64,000 nt of DNA from Eledone cirrhosa (GCA_964016885.1 OZ024747.1:52142001-52206000), one strand, 5' to 3'; counted from the first letter of the stretch, positions 1 through 14,367 are shown. Notes: generated by a model not told the origin, from the letters alone. Made by a program: numbers and translations.

Positions 1-180
1 CACCACCACCACCACCAACAGCACCACCATCAACACCACCACGTCCACCACCACGTCCATCAACACCATCAACACCACCACCACCATCCACACCACCGCC
101 ACCTTTACTACCACCACTACACCAATTATTAGTGGTATTGGTGAACTAATTCTTATACTCCAATACAAATATACCCACAC

Positions 181-376
181 CTTTCATCCTTACGGGGTCG
201 ATAGAATAAAGTACCAATAATGTACTGGGTTTTTGCTGGCCTTGTGCCAAAAGTAGAAACAATTATTATTATCTTAAGGGCGGTAGATTGGCAGAATCGG
301 TAGAGCATCCGATGCCATGCTTTGTAGCATAGAGTTACGACCCTTTAAGGTCTGAGTTCAAATCCCGCCGAGGTTA
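181..376 (+). mobile_element. tRNA-derived SINE: 3' half of one copy followed by the 5' head of a second
   Basis: CTTTCATCCTTACGGGGTCGATA...GTAGAAACAATTATT, then A-box-like TGGCAGAATCGG and B-box GAGTTCAAATCC. The same sequence recurs many times in the window. Confidence 0.85.
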
Positions 377-1612
377 ATGGTGAGTGGTGTGTGGGGTGTG
401 TGGGTGGGCTGGGTGGGGGTGGGGGTAGTGTGTGTGTGTGTGTGTGGGGGGGGGGGTGACGTGTGTTGTGTGTGTAGTGTGGTGTGTGGTGTGGTGGTGC
501 GGTGTGTGGTGTGTGTGGTGTGTGGTGTGTGGTGTGTGGTGTGTGTGGTGTGTGGTGTGTGTGGTGTGTGTAGTGTGGTGTGTGGTGTGTGTGGTGTGGT
601 GTGTGGTGTGTGTGGTGTGTGGTGTGTGGTGTGTGTGATGTGTGTGGTGTGGTGTGTGGTGTGTGGTGTGTGTGTTGTGTGTGGTGTGTGGTGTGCGTGG
701 TGTGGTGTGTGTGGTGTGTGATGTGTGGTGTGTGGTGTTTGTGGTGTGTGGTGTTTTTGTGGTGTGGTGTGTGGTGTGTGTGGAGTGCGTGGTGTGTGGT
801 CTTTGTGGTGTGTGTGGTGTGTTGTGTGTGTAGTGTGGTGTGTGGTGTGGTGGTGCGGTGTGTGGTGTGTGTGGTGTGTGGTGTGTGGTGTGTGGTGTGT
901 GTGGTGTGTGGTGTGTGTGGTGTGTGTAGTGTGGTGTGTGGTGTGTGTGGTGTGGTGTGTGGTGTGTGTGGTGTGTGGTGTGTGGTGTGTGTGATGTGTG
1001 TGGTGTGGTGTGTGGTGTGTGGTGTGTGTGTTGTGTGTGGTGTGTGGTGTGCGTGGTGTGGTGTGTGTGGTGTGTGATGTGTGGTGTGTGGTGTTTGTGG
1101 TGTGTGGTGTTTTTGTGGTGTGGTGTGTGGTGTGTGTGGAGTGCGTGGTGTGTGGTCTTTGTGGTGTGTGTGGTGTGTGTGTGGTGTGTGGTTTTTGTGG
1201 TGTATGTGGTGTGTGTGATGTGTGGTGTGAGGTGTGTGGTGTGTGTGGTGTGTATGGGGTGGGTTGTGTGTGTGTAGTGTGGTGTGTGGTGTAAGGGGTG
1301 TGTGGTGTGTGTGGTGTGTGGTGTGTGTGGTGTGGTGTGCGTAGTGTGGTGTGTGTTGTGTGTGTGTAGTGTGGTGTGTGTGATGTGTGGTGTGTGTGGT
1401 GTGTGGTGGGTGGTGGGTGGTGGGTGGTGGGTGGTGTGTGTGGTGTGGTGTGCGTAGTGTGGTGTGTGTTGTGTGTGTGTAGTGTGGCGTGTGGTGTAAG
1501 AGGTGTGTGGTGTGTGTGGTGTGTGGTGTGTGTAGTGTGTGTAGGATGGTGTATGGTGTGTGGTGTATGATGTATGATGTGGTGTATGGTGTTGGTGGTG
1601 GTGGTGGTGTTG
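377..1612. repeat. GT-rich compound microsatellite with an internal ~356-bp tandem duplication
   Basis: (GTGTG/GT)n; near-identical low-complexity ORF starts offset by 356 nt (580/936, 642/998). Confidence 0.9.
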
Positions 1613-1618
1613 AGATGT

Positions 1619-1702
1619 GCTATTCAAAAGACAATGTGTTGTTCAGAATCTGGGCTAGTCCTAGTAGAGCCAATCTTCGGAGAGTGTTGTGAACTTTAGT
1701 AC
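1619..1702 (-). CDS. candidate terminal coding exon of an unidentified host gene, (G)TKVHNTLRRLALLGLAQILNNTLSFE*
   Basis: Unique island between repeats, open frame ending in TAG, ctag|GT acceptor phase-compatible with candidate exon 3464-3512. The polypyrimidine tract is poor. Confidence 0.3.
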
Positions 1703-1776
1703 CTAGCTCCACACCTCCCCCTCCTCCTCCTCCTTATCATCATCATCATTATCACATTCATCGTCATCATCTATAT

Positions 1777-3014
1777 CATGCATGTCAATCATGGGGCCCG
1801 CGGGCCGCGTACGGTCCTTTAATAGCACACATGCGGCCCGCACAAAGATTTTTACAGCACGAGCATCTTTTATCTTCGTAATATAAATTTTAAAAATTTA
1901 GTTGTAATGTGCGCTATTAGTTGTCGTGTGTGGCCCTCAGACAACACATTAGTTGTCGTGTGTGGCCCTCAGACAACACATTAGTTGTCGTGTGTGGCAC
2001 TCAGACAATACATTAGTTGTCGTGTGTGGCCCTCAGACAACACATTAGTTGTCGTGTGTGGCCCTCAGACAATACATTAGTTGTCGTGTGTGGCCCTCAG
2101 ACAACACATTAGTTGTCGTGTGTGGCCCTCAGACAACACATTAGTTATCGTGTGTGGCCCTCAAACAACACATTATTTGTCGTGTGTGGCCTTCAGACAA
2201 CACATTATTTGTCTTGTGTGGCCCTCAGACAACACATTAGTTGTCGTATGTGGCCCTCAGACAACACATTAGTTGTCGTGTGTGGCCCTCAGACAACACA
2301 TTAGTTTTGGTGTGTGGCCCTCAGACAACACATTAGTTGTCGTGTGTGATCCTCAGACAACAGATTAGTTGTAATGTGTCACCCTCAGACAACACATTAG
2401 TTGTCGTGTGTGGCCCTCAGACAACACATTAGTTGTCGTGCGTGACCCTCAGACAACACATTAGTTGTCGTATGTGACCCTCAGACAACACATTAGTTGT
2501 CGTGTGTGGCCCTCAGAAAACACATTAGTTGTCGTGTGTGGCCCTCAGACAACACATTAGTTGTCGTGTGTCGCCCTCAGACAACACATTAGTTGTCGTG
2601 TGTGACTCTCAGACAACACATTAGTTGTCGTGTGTGACCCTCAGACAACACATTAGATGTCGTATGTGGCCCTCAGACAACACATTAGTTGTCGTGTGTG
2701 GCCCTCAGACAACATACTAGTTTTCGTGTGTGGCCATCAAATAACAGATTAGTTGTAATGTGTCACCCTCAGACAACACATTAGTTGTCGTGTGTGAACC
2801 TCAGACAACACATTAGTTGTCGTGTGGCCCTCAGACAACACATTAGTTGTCGTGTGTGGCCCTCAGACAACACATTAGTTGTCGTGTGTCACCCTCAGAC
2901 AACACATTAGTTGTCGTATGTCACCCTCAGACAACACATTAGTTGTCGTGTGTGACCCTCAGACAACTCATTAGTTGTCGTCTGTGACCCTCGGGGGATC
3001 CTCAGTTTGACATG
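1777..3014. mobile_element. hAT (Charlie/MER30-like) MITE containing an expanded minisatellite
   Basis: Ends CATGTCAA / TTGACATG, subterminal GGCCCGCGGGCCGC motifs, flanks ATCTATAT / ATATAGAT each one mismatch from the Charlie-type NTCTAGAN target. Confidence 0.6.
1916..2992. repeat. 32-bp minisatellite ATTAGTTGTCGTGTGTGGCCCTCAGACAACAC, ~33 copies
   Basis: Direct 32-nt periodicity with scattered substitutions and no spacers. Confidence 0.95.
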
Positions 3015-3162
3015 ATATAGATTCTAAATCATCATCTCCATCACCATCATCATCATCATCATCACCATCATCATCATCACCATCACCATCATCATTATCA
3101 TCACCATCACCATCATCGTCATCATCACCACCATCGTCATCATCATCAACAATATCATCATT

Positions 3163-3275
3163 GAGTTCAAATCCCGCCGAGGTTAACTTTGCCTTTCATC
3201 CTTACGGGGTCGATAAAATAAAGTACCAGTAATACACTGGTTTAATTGCTGGCCTTGTGCCTAAAGTAGAAATAA
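3163..3275 (+). mobile_element. 5'-truncated tRNA-derived SINE
   Basis: B box through GTAGAAA tail, matching other copies; follows a (CAT)n tract. Confidence 0.85.
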
Positions 3276-3463
3276 TTATCATCATAGTTGTTATTTTAAA
3301 ATTTATATTAAAATCTTCAATTTCTACACTTCTCATTTTACCTTCCGTCGTAGCTGCTGCTGTTGCTGCTACTGTTGCTTGCTACTGCTGCTACTACTGC
3401 TACTGCTGCTGTTGCTATTACTGCTGCTGTTGTTGCTGGTGCAGACGATCTTCATTCTCTTAC

Positions 3464-3512
3464 CTTCTGTTTCAGCTGTGTTTTGTAGTTTTTTCCTATA
3501 ATCTCTTTTAAT
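3464..3512 (-). CDS. candidate 49-bp coding exon, IKRDYRKKLQNTAETE(G)
   Basis: aaacag| acceptor, strong AAG|gtaaga donor, open frame, phase 0 to phase 1. Confidence 0.4.
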
Positions 3513-3654
3513 CTGTTTTAATCAAAAGAATTACAACTCACTGAGAATTATCGGCAAAAAAAACAAAATTCTTTGAAATTTCTCAAAATTTGAAATGAAA
3601 TGTTGAAAACGTGTTTTGACATTGATCTCTGTCTTGATGACGGCAGAAAGATGG

Positions 3655-3776
3655 GATGTTTGTTGTTGTTGTGGTTGTTGACGATGTTGTTGTGGTGTTG
3701 TGGCTGTTGTTGTTGATGGTGTTGTTGATGGTGTTGATGTCGTCGTTGTTGTGGTTGTTGTTGTTGATGGTGTTGA

Positions 3777-3807
<31 letters not shown>

Positions 3808-6800
3808 GATGGTGTTGTTGATGGTGTTGATGTCGTCGTTGTTGTTGTTGATGGTGTTGATGTCGTCGTTGTTGTTGTTGTTGTTGTTGTTGATGGTGTT
3901 GATGTTGTTGTTGTTGTTGTTGTTGTGGTGGTGGTTGTTGTTGCTGTTGTTGTTGATGGTGTTGATGACGTCGTTGTTGTGGTTGTTGTTGTTGATGGTG
4001 TTGATGTTGTTGTTGTTGTGGTTGTTGTTGTTGTTGTTGATGGTGTTGATGGTGTTGTTGTCGTTGTTGTTGATGGTGTTGATGTTGTTGTTGTGGTTGT
4101 TGATGTTGTTGTTGTTGATGGTGTTGATGTTGTTGTTGATGTTGTTGTTGTGGTGTTGTGGCTGTTGTTGTTGATGGTGTTGATGTTGTTGTTGTTGTGG
4201 TTGTTGTTGTTGTTGTTGATGGTGTTGATGGTGTTGTTGTCGTTGTTGTTGATGGTGTTGATGTTGTTGTTGTGGTTGTTGATGTTGTTGTTGTTGATGG
4301 TGTTGATGTTGTTGTTGATGTTGTTGTTGTGGTGTTGTGGCTGTTGTTGTTGATGGTGTTGATGTCGTCGTTGTGGTTGTTGTTGTTGTTGTTGTTGATG
4401 ATGGTGTTGTTGTTGTTGTTGTGGTTGTTGTTGTTGATGGTGTTGATGATGTTGTTCTGCTGTTGTTGTTCTGCTGTTGTTGTTCTGGTGTTGTTGTTCT
4501 GCTGGTGTTGTTGCTGTTGTTCTTCTGGTGTTGTTGTTCTGCTGTTGTTGTTCTGGTGTTGTTGTTCTGGTGTTGTTGTTCTGGTGTTGTTGTTGCTGTT
4601 GTTGTTCTGCTGTTGTTGTTCTGCTGTTGTTGTTCTGGTGTTGTTGTTCCGGTGTTGTTGTTCTAGTGTTGTTGTTCTAGAGTTGTTGTTCTGGCGTTGT
4701 TGTTCTGGTGTTGTTGTTCTGCTGGTGTTGTTCTGGTGTTGTTGTTCTGCTGTTATTGTTCTGGTGTTGTTGTTCTACTGTTGTTGTTCTGGTGTTGTTG
4801 TTCTGGTGTTGTTGTTCTACTGTTGTTGTTCTGGTGTTGTTATTCTGGTGTTGTTGTTCTGCTGTTGTTGTTCTGGTGTTGTTGTTCTGCTGGTGTTGTT
4901 CTGGTGTTGTTGTTCTGCTGTTATTGTTCTGGTGTTGTTGTTCTACTGTTGTTGTTCTGGTGTTGTTGTTCTGGTGTTGTTGTTCTACTGTTGTTGTTCT
5001 GGTGTTGTTATTCTGGTGTTGTTGTTCTGCTGTTGTTGTTCTGGTGTTGTTGTTCTGCTGTTGTTGTTCTGGTGTTGTTGTTCTGTTGTTGTTGTTCTGG
5101 TGTTGTTGTTCTGGTGTTGTTGTTCTAGTGTTGTTTTTCTGGTGTTGTTGTTCTGGTGTTGTTGTTCTGGTGTTGTTGTTCTGGTGTTGTTGTTCTAGTG
5201 TTGTTTTTATGGTGTTGTTGTTCTGGTGTTGTTGTTCTTCTGTTGTTGTTCTGGTGTTGTTGTTCTGGTGTGGTTGTTCTAGTGTTGTTTTTCTGGTGTT
5301 GTTCTGGTGTTGCTGTTCTGCTGTTGTTGTTCTGGTGTTGTTGTTCTGGTGTTGTTGTTCTGCTGTTGTTGTTCTAGTGTTGTTGTTCTGGTGTTGTTCT
5401 GGTGTTGTTGTTCTGGTGTTGTTGTTCTGGTGTTGTTGTTCTGGTGTTGTTGTTCTGGTGTTGTTGTTCTGGTGTTGTTGTTGCTGTTGTTGTTCTGCTG
5501 TTGTTGTTCTGCTGTTGTTGTTCTGGTGTTGTTGTTGCTGTTGTTGTTCTGGTGTTGTTGTTCTGGTGTTGTTGTTCTAGTGTTGTTGTTCTGGTGTTGT
5601 TGTTCTGGTGTTGTTGTTCTGGTGTTGTTGTTCTGGTGTTGTTGTTGCTGTTGTTGTTCTGCTGTTGTTGTTCTGGTGTTGTTGTTGCTGTTGTTGTTCT
5701 GGTGTTGTTGTTCTGGTGTTGTTGTTCTGGTGTTGTTGTTATAGTGTTGTTGTTCTGGTGTTGTTGTTCTGGTGTTGTTGTTCTAGTGTTGTTGTTCTGG
5801 TGTTGTTGTTCTGCTGTTGTTGTTCTGCTGTTGTTGTTCTGCTGTTGTTGTTCTTGTGTTGTTGTTCTGGTGTTGTTGTTCTGCTGTTGTTGTTCTGGTG
5901 TTGTTGTTCTGCTGTTGTTGTTCTGGTGTTGTTGTTCTACTGTTGTTGTTCTACTGTTTTTGTTCTGGTGTTGTTGTTCTGGTGTTGTTGTTCTGCTGTT
6001 GTTGTTCTGGTGTTGTTGTTGCTGTTGTTGTTCTGGTGTTGTTGTTCTGGTGTTGTTGTTCTGGTGTTGTTGTTCTAGTGTTGTTGTTGCTGTTGTTGTT
6101 CTGGTGCTGTTGTTCTAGTGTTGTTGTTCTGGCGTTGTTGTTGCTGTTGTTGTTCTGGTGTTGTTCTTCTGGTGTTGTTGTTCTAGTGTTGTTGTTGCTG
6201 TTGTTGTTCTGGTGTTGTTGTTCTAGTGTTGTTGTTCTGGCGTTGTTGTTGCTGTTGTTGTTCTGCTGTTGTTCTTCTGGTGTTGTTGTTCTGGTGTTGT
6301 TGTTCTGCTGTTGTTCTGCTGTTGTTGTTCTGCTGTTTTTGTTCTGGTGTTGTTGTTCTGGTGTTGTTGTTCTGCTGTTGTTGTTCTGGTGTTGTTGTTC
6401 TGCTGTTGTTGTTCTGGTGTTGTTATTGCTGTTGTTGTTCTGCTGTTGTTGTTCTGCTGTTTTTGTTCTGGTGTTGTTGTTCTGGTGTTGTTGTTCTGCT
6501 GTTGTTGTTCTGGTGTTGTTGTTCTGGTGTTGTTGTTCTAGTGTTGTTGTTCTGGCGTTGTTGTTGCTTTTGTTGTTCTGGTGTTGTTGTTCTGCTGGTG
6601 TTGTTCCGCTGGTGTTGTTGCTGTTGTTCTTCTGGTTTTATTGTTCTTGTGTTGTTGTTCTGCTGTTGTTGTTCTGCTGTTATTGTTGCTGTTGTTGTTC
6701 TGGTGTTGTTGTTCTGCTGTTGTTGTTCTGCTGTTGTTGTTGCTGTTGTTGTTCTGGTGTTGTTGTTCTGCTGTTGTTGTTCTGATGTTGTTGTTCTGGT

Positions 6801-8270
6801 GTTGTTGTTCTAGTGTTGTTGTTCTGGCGTTGTTGTTGCTGTTGTTGTTCTGGTGTTGTTGTTCTGCTGGTGTTGTTCTGCTGGTGTTGTTGCTGTTGTT
6901 CTTCTGGTTTTATTGTTCTTGTGTTGTTGTTCTGGTGTTGTTCTGCTGTTGTTGTTCTGGTGTTGTTGTTCTGGTGTTGTTGTTCTGGTGTTGTTGTTCT
7001 GCTGTTGTTGTTCTGCTGTTGTTGTTCTGCTGTTGTTGTTCTGGTGTTGTTCTTCTGGTGTTGTTCTTCTGGTGTTGTTGTTCTGGTGTTGTTGTTCTGG
7101 TATTGTTGTTCTGGTGTTGTTGTTCTGCTGTTGTTGTTCTGGCGTTGTTCTTCTGGTGTTGTTCTTCTGGTGTTGTTGTTCTGGTGTTGTTGTTCTGGTA
7201 TTGTTGTTCTGGTGTTGTTCTGCTGTTGTTGTTCTGCTGTTCTTCTTCTGGTGTTGTTGTTCTGCTGTTGTTGTTCTGGTGTTGTTGTTCTGGTGTTGTT
7301 GTTCTGGTGTTGTTGTTCTGGTATTGTTGTTCTGGTGTTGTTGTTCTGCTGTTGTTGTTCTGCTGTTGTTGTTCTGGTGTTGTTCTTCTGGTGTTGTTGT
7401 TCTGGTGTTGTTGTTCTGCTGTTGTTGTTCTGGTGTTGTTGTTCTGGTATTGTTGTTCTGCTGTTGTTGTTCTGGTGTTGTTGTTCTGCTGTTGTTGTTT
7501 TGCTGTTGTTGTTCTGCTATTGTTGTTCTGGTGTTGTTGTTCTGATGTTGTTGTTCTGTTGTTGTTGTTCTGGTGTTGTTGTTCTGGTGTTGTTGTTCTG
7601 GTGTTGTTGTTTTGTTGTTGTTGTTCTGGTGTTGTTGTTCTGGTGTTGTTGTTCTTGTGTTGTTGTTCTGCTGTTGTTGTTGCTCTGGTGTTGTTGTTCT
7701 AGTGTTGTTTTTGCTGTTGTTGTTATTCTGCTGTTGTTGTTCTAGTGTTGTTGTTCTGGTATTTTTGTTCTGGTATTGTTGTTGCTGTTGTTGCTAGTGT
7801 TGTTGTTTCTGTTGTTGTTGTTCTGGTGTTGTTGTTCTGGTGTTTTTATGCTGTTGTTGTTCTGCTATTGTTGTTGTCCTGGGTTTGTTGTTCTGGTGTT
7901 GTTGTTCTAGTGTTGTTGTTCTGGTATTTTTGTTCTGGTATTGTTGTTGCTGTTGTTGCTAGTGTTGTTGTTTCTGTTGTTGTTGTTCTGCTGTTGTTGT
8001 TGTTGTCCTGGGTTTGTTGTTCTGCTGTTGTTGTTCTAGTGTTGTTGTTCTGGTATTTTTGTTCTGGTACTGTTGTTGCTGTTGTTGCTAGTGTTGTTGT
8101 TTCTGTTGTTGTTGTTCTGCTGTTGTTGTTCTGGTGTTTTTATGCTGTTGTTGTTCTGCTGTTGTTGTTCTGCTGTTGTTGTTGTCCTGGGTTTGTTGTT
8201 CTGGTGTTGTTATTCTTGTGTTTATGTTGTTCCTGCTGATGTTGCTGTTGTCGATGTTGTTGTTATTGTT
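3655..8270. repeat. (GTT)n-derived satellite with a ~14-bp unit GTGTTGTTGTTCTG from ~4450 onward
   Basis: Direct inspection; accounts for all V/L/C/W-rich ORFs here. Confidence 0.95.
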
Positions 8271-8419
8271 GGGCTGCTACATTTGCTTGAGATGTCATAC
8301 TTGCTGTTGTTGATATTATATGTCATTGGAAATAATGTTTATTGTTTTATTTATTATTACTGCTGTGTTATATAATATTATTTTTGGTGGAGCGGTGGAG
8401 TGGCAGAGCTGGTAGATTG

Positions 8420-8835
8420 ACAAATTGTCAGATCGATAGATTGTTAGATTCTTAGATTGTTAGATTTTCAGATTGTTAGATTGTTAGATTGTTAGATTGT
8501 CATATTATCATATTGTCAGATTGTTGGATTGTTGGATTGCTGGATTGTTAGATTGTTAGTTTGTTAAAATGTTAGATTGTTAGATTGTTGGATTGGTGGA
8601 TTGTTAGAATGTCAAAGTGTTAGATTATTAGATTGTTAATTGTCAGATTGTTACATTGGTTAGAATGTCAGATTGTTAGATTTTTAGAATGTCAGATTGT
8701 TAGAATGTTAGATTGGTAGATTGTTAGATTGCTGGATTGTTAGAGTGTTAGATTGTTAAATTGTTGGGTTGTTAGATTGTCAGATTGTTGGACTGTCAGA
8801 TTGTTAGATTGTTAGATTGTTGAATTGTCAGATTG
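8420..8835. repeat. 8-bp tandem repeat (GATTGTTA)n, degenerate
   Basis: Direct periodicity; begins just after a SINE-head-like GGCGGTGGAGTGGCAGAG-type sequence. Confidence 0.9.
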
Positions 8836-9039
8836 GGGATTATAAAATACGGTCACATCAATAACATCATCTAGTGTTCAAGTGTATCTTTTGTAGCCAC
8901 ACGTCGACATATGAGTGATATGTTAAACATATTATATATGCACCAATGCCACGCATATTTACATTCATATACACACACCACACACACATATATATATATG
9001 AATGGAGAAAGAGTGATATATTTCTATACACATATATAA

Positions 9040-9080
<41 letters not shown>

Positions 9081-9213
9081 CACATATATATATATATAAT
9101 ATATACATACACATATATATATATACACATATATACACACACATAATATATACACACATATATATATATATGTGTATATATATATACATACATATGTGTG
9201 TATATATACACAC

Positions 9214-9259
<46 letters not shown>

Positions 9260-9260
<1 letters not shown>

Positions 9261-9868
9261 TGAGAAAAATAGAGAGCTGCGTGGTTGCACATGGGTTACA
9301 TATGAATAAAATTAGTCCTTCATCAGTGATCTTCCAACTTTCATTGGTATTTCATCGCTTTAAAATTCATATACCTCTGGTTGGTGCGAGCAATAACTAA
9401 ATAGAGTTATTGGGACAAGTAAAATAGGGTGAAACGAGCGAGACATGTAAACAAACAAAGATGGTATTGCAACGGAAAGATAGGAAGAGACAAGTACATG
9501 ATATCTGTAAGCTTAAGCTTGGTGAATTCATGGACGACAGATACAGACAATCCGACATGGGTGAGATGTGAGCGAGAAAAGGATTTCACAGAGGTCAAAC
9601 GGGAGGAAGTGGGAGAGGGGGAGAAGCAGAGAAATCCTTTTCTCGCTCACATCTCACCCATGTCGGATTGTCTGTATCTCTCGTCCATGAATTCACCAAG
9701 CTTTTAGATTACAGATATCATGTACTTGTCTCTTCCTATTTTTCCGTTGCAATACCATCTTTGTTTGTTTACATGTCTCGCTCGTTTCAACCTATTTTAC
9801 TTGTCCCAATCACTTTATTTAGTTATTACTCGCACCAACCAGAGGTATATGATTTTGAAAGCGACGAA
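9260..9868. mobile_element. fold-back element, probable Penelope-like pseudo-LTR inversion
   Basis: Arms 9351-9587 and 9631-9868 are reverse complements, 43-nt spacer, unpaired ~90-nt tail at 9260-9350, (TA)n both sides; related copy at ~47410-47735. Confidence 0.7.
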
Positions 9869-9900
9869 TTTTATATATATATATAATATATATATATATA

Positions 9901-10001
<101 letters not shown>

Positions 10002-10007
10002 ATATAC

Positions 10008-10045
<38 letters not shown>

Positions 10046-10360
10046 ATATCTTCCCGAGGGTCCGGGTAACTATTTCAATCATATCTTATTTTGTTTGACC
10101 CGTTTAGCTTGTTCGCTTTTTTGGCTAAGGTGGTTAATGGCTCTTAACCATCGTCTCAGTTTGTATGACCTTTTTAACTTATGCTTATAGCTCTGGTATC
10201 TTCATATCCATGGAGCGGTTGTGTGCACAATACGGAAGTTGCGTTTCGCCAATTTCTACCCGCCGAAATGCGATTCTCGCTGAATTTATATATATATATA
10301 TATATATATACACATTTATATATATACATTTATACAGAAATATATATATAGTGAGAGAGA

Positions 10361-10393
<33 letters not shown>

Positions 10394-10621
10394 GGGGGGG
10401 GGGGGTGAGAGAGAGAGAGAGAGAGAGAGAGAATAAATATTAGCTGGAATCGAACTGGACTTCTATGGTGTTAACTATTAAATAATTTGACATCAAGAAT
10501 TTCAATGTCACGCTTAACATTTCCAATTCAATGTTATCTCTCAGAAAACGTAGTGCAGTAAAATAATTATTTATTTCAAGCATAACATATAGCGTATATC
10601 TAAAGTTCATTGCATATCTGC

Positions 10622-10624
<3 letters not shown>

Positions 10625-10669
<45 letters not shown>

Positions 10670-10783
10670 AGAGAGAGAGAGAGAGAAAGAGAAAGAGAAA
10701 GAATGAAATATATAATCTCACACATACATACATATATATATATATGTATATATATAAATTAATATTAATATTTATATTTATAT

Positions 10784-10877
<94 letters not shown>

Positions 10878-10989
10878 AGAGAAAGAATGAAATATATAAT
10901 CTCACACATACATACATATATATATATATGTATATATATAAATTAATATTAATATTTATATTTATATGTTTATATATATATATATATAA

Positions 10990-11032
<43 letters not shown>

Positions 11033-11160
11033 AAGAGAAAGAGAATGAATGAAATATATAATCTCACACATACATATATATATATATATAAGTATATATA
11101 TAAATTAATATTAATATTTATATTTATATGTTTATATATATATATATATATATATATCTA
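10625..11160. repeat. three-copy higher-order repeat of (TA)n-(GA)n plus a unique core
   Basis: Core AATGAAATATATAATCTCACACATAC...AAATTAATATTAATATTTATATTTATATG occurs three times. Confidence 0.85.
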
Positions 11161-11176
11161 CATACATACACATAAT

Positions 11177-11239
<63 letters not shown>

Positions 11240-11247
11240 TACATATA

Positions 11248-11311
<64 letters not shown>

Positions 11312-11327
11312 CATATATATATATATA

Positions 11328-11393
<66 letters not shown>

Positions 11394-11739
11394 TACATAT
11401 ATATATATATATAATATATATATAATCTGGATGTGCAATGAGAAACCATTCGGTTGTCACGTCCTAAATACCTTTAAGTCTTAATTACCTCTTAAGAGCT
11501 TTTAATCCTTGACGGAAATTAAAATACTTTCACACAATGGCTCTGTTTTCTATTGTCTGTTGTCAGTTAAAGTTTTTTTTCGTATTCTCTTCTTGACTCC
11601 TTATTTTTATCTCACAACATCTCTAGCATGATTCAAGTATATCTACACATACACACATATGTATGTATGTATGTTTGCATGTATGTAAGTATGTATGTAA
11701 GTATGTATGTATGGATGGATGGATGGATGTATGCATGTA

Positions 11740-12229
<490 letters not shown>

Positions 12230-12421
12230 GTACATATACATTTATAATACTAAATAATTTGATTGATTTTTAAAAGAATAAATGCGATTTCAGGGAAATA
12301 AATCCATAAAAATATCAAGAATATATGACGAAAGGGTGAAAATAAGGAATAAAATATAGAAATTAAATATAAGAAAATGTCACAGACAAAAGGAATTATG
12401 TGATACGTGTGGTGGGGGTGC

Positions 12422-12464
<43 letters not shown>

Positions 12465-12511
12465 TATATATTTGTATAAAGAAATACATACACAGACGCA
12501 GGCACCCATCC

Positions 12512-12595
<84 letters not shown>

Positions 12596-12603
12596 TATGC
12601 GTG

Positions 12604-12663
<60 letters not shown>

Positions 12664-12686
12664 ATGTATATGTATATATTTATAAT

Positions 12687-12879
<193 letters not shown>

Positions 12880-12914
12880 GTATATATATATACATATATA
12901 TGTATATATGTATA

Positions 12915-12974
<60 letters not shown>

Positions 12975-13252
12975 CACACATACATGTTCTTATTTTTGTT
13001 ACATTCACATGTGAGAAGTTTTGTGAAAATAAAATATATATGTAATAAAAATTACAACAATAACAACATCAACAATAACAACCATAATAACAAATGAAGG
13101 AAATATATCATTACATGGAGATGAACAGTATTATGGAAATGTACTCAATAGTGGGTAGATAAGAGAGATAGGTGTATAGGGTGTGAGAGAGTGAAAGATG
13201 GCTAAATATATATAGAGTGATATAGATAGATAGGTAGGTAGATAGATAGATG

Positions 13253-13319
<67 letters not shown>

Positions 13320-13320
<1 letters not shown>

Positions 13321-14302
13321 TGTTTCTTTTATTTGCCACTAGGGCATCAAAAGTGGGACAAGTACAAAGGGGGGAGTTTACACAAAAAGGCGTCCTCAAT
13401 AAGGAGGAGGCAATAACAAAATATAAAAATAAAATAAGATATAACAAAAAATAAAATTTTTAACAAAATCCTCAATAGAGAGGAGGCGCCTTGGGGGGTC
13501 GCACACACCCCCGAAAAAAGTGTGCAACCCTTCTCCTCAGGAGCACAGAGAAGGGGTGCTCCCTTGGTCTTTCATCTTCCTCACCTATAGTCTGATGTAG
13601 AGTGAAGGCCCATTCACACGGGCCATTCTCGCCACTTTCACCCATCTTTCATAGAAACGGCTGGGGTGCAGCACCTCTCTCTCCATCCTGATCCTTCTTC
13701 CGAAATGATATCGGAAGAAACGGACCAGTTGTTGGCCAGAGAGAAAGGTGCCTGACCTCAGTCCTTTCAGACGCGTCCACCATACAACCTCTTTCGCCAT
13801 GGCTATTACGCACAGAAACACCGCCTCTGCTTCATCTTTGAAGGGGGGAGGCGGCTTGATCATTACAATAGACTCGGTGGTCAACCGGATCGGTCCCACC
13901 CTTACAGCAGTTGTTCGACATAGCCCCACAGATCGGCTACGCCCGAGCAGTGTACCAATGCGTGTGCAAAGGTTTCCTCGTCGCACACGCATCTGGGACA
14001 GATCTTTTTGGCGGGGTCCCTACCCGGGCGCCCGTGTCTGTAGAGCCTTTCTCGAACGGGTAAAGCCCCTCGGTAGCACTGCCAGGCCAGGGACTTCTGG
14101 AAGTTGTCCATAGGTCCCGGGCTGAATGTCCTACCAAACAGGCTGGCCAGTTCGTCCTCCTCCATGTCTAGGGCTTCTCCGAGGGCGTCGTCGCACCTGC
14201 TGCGTACCAGCCCTCTATAGAATGTTGCGGTGGAGTCTCCACTGATAACCGGATCCGCCTGCCAGAGGGCGGTGAGCGCCTGGGCACACTCAGTGTGCCA
14301 GG
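13320..14302 (-). mobile_element. 5'-truncated Tx1/L1-clade LINE: ORF2 C-terminus (zf-RVT-like, CCHC) plus 3' UTR
   Basis: LAWQCYRGALPVRERL...CPRC..DEETFAHALVHC motif, frameshifted continuation in ORF 13585-13992, AATAAA and (TATC)n tail. Confidence 0.85.
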
Positions 14303-14303
14303 C

Positions 14304-14366
<63 letters not shown>

Positions 14367-14367
<1 letters not shown>

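Noticed and set aside
1916-2992. CRISPR-like appearance of the 32-bp array
   Set aside because: Units are contiguous with no unique spacers, no cas genes, eukaryotic context.
374-8375. Long His/Thr-rich and Val/Cys/Leu-rich ORFs
   Set aside because: Translations of GT- and GTT-type repeats, open in several frames because the repeats lack stop codons.
9285-9335. Hammerhead in the tail of the 9260 element (also 47660)
   Set aside because: CTGATGA is present but no correctly placed GAAA or closing stem I in either copy.
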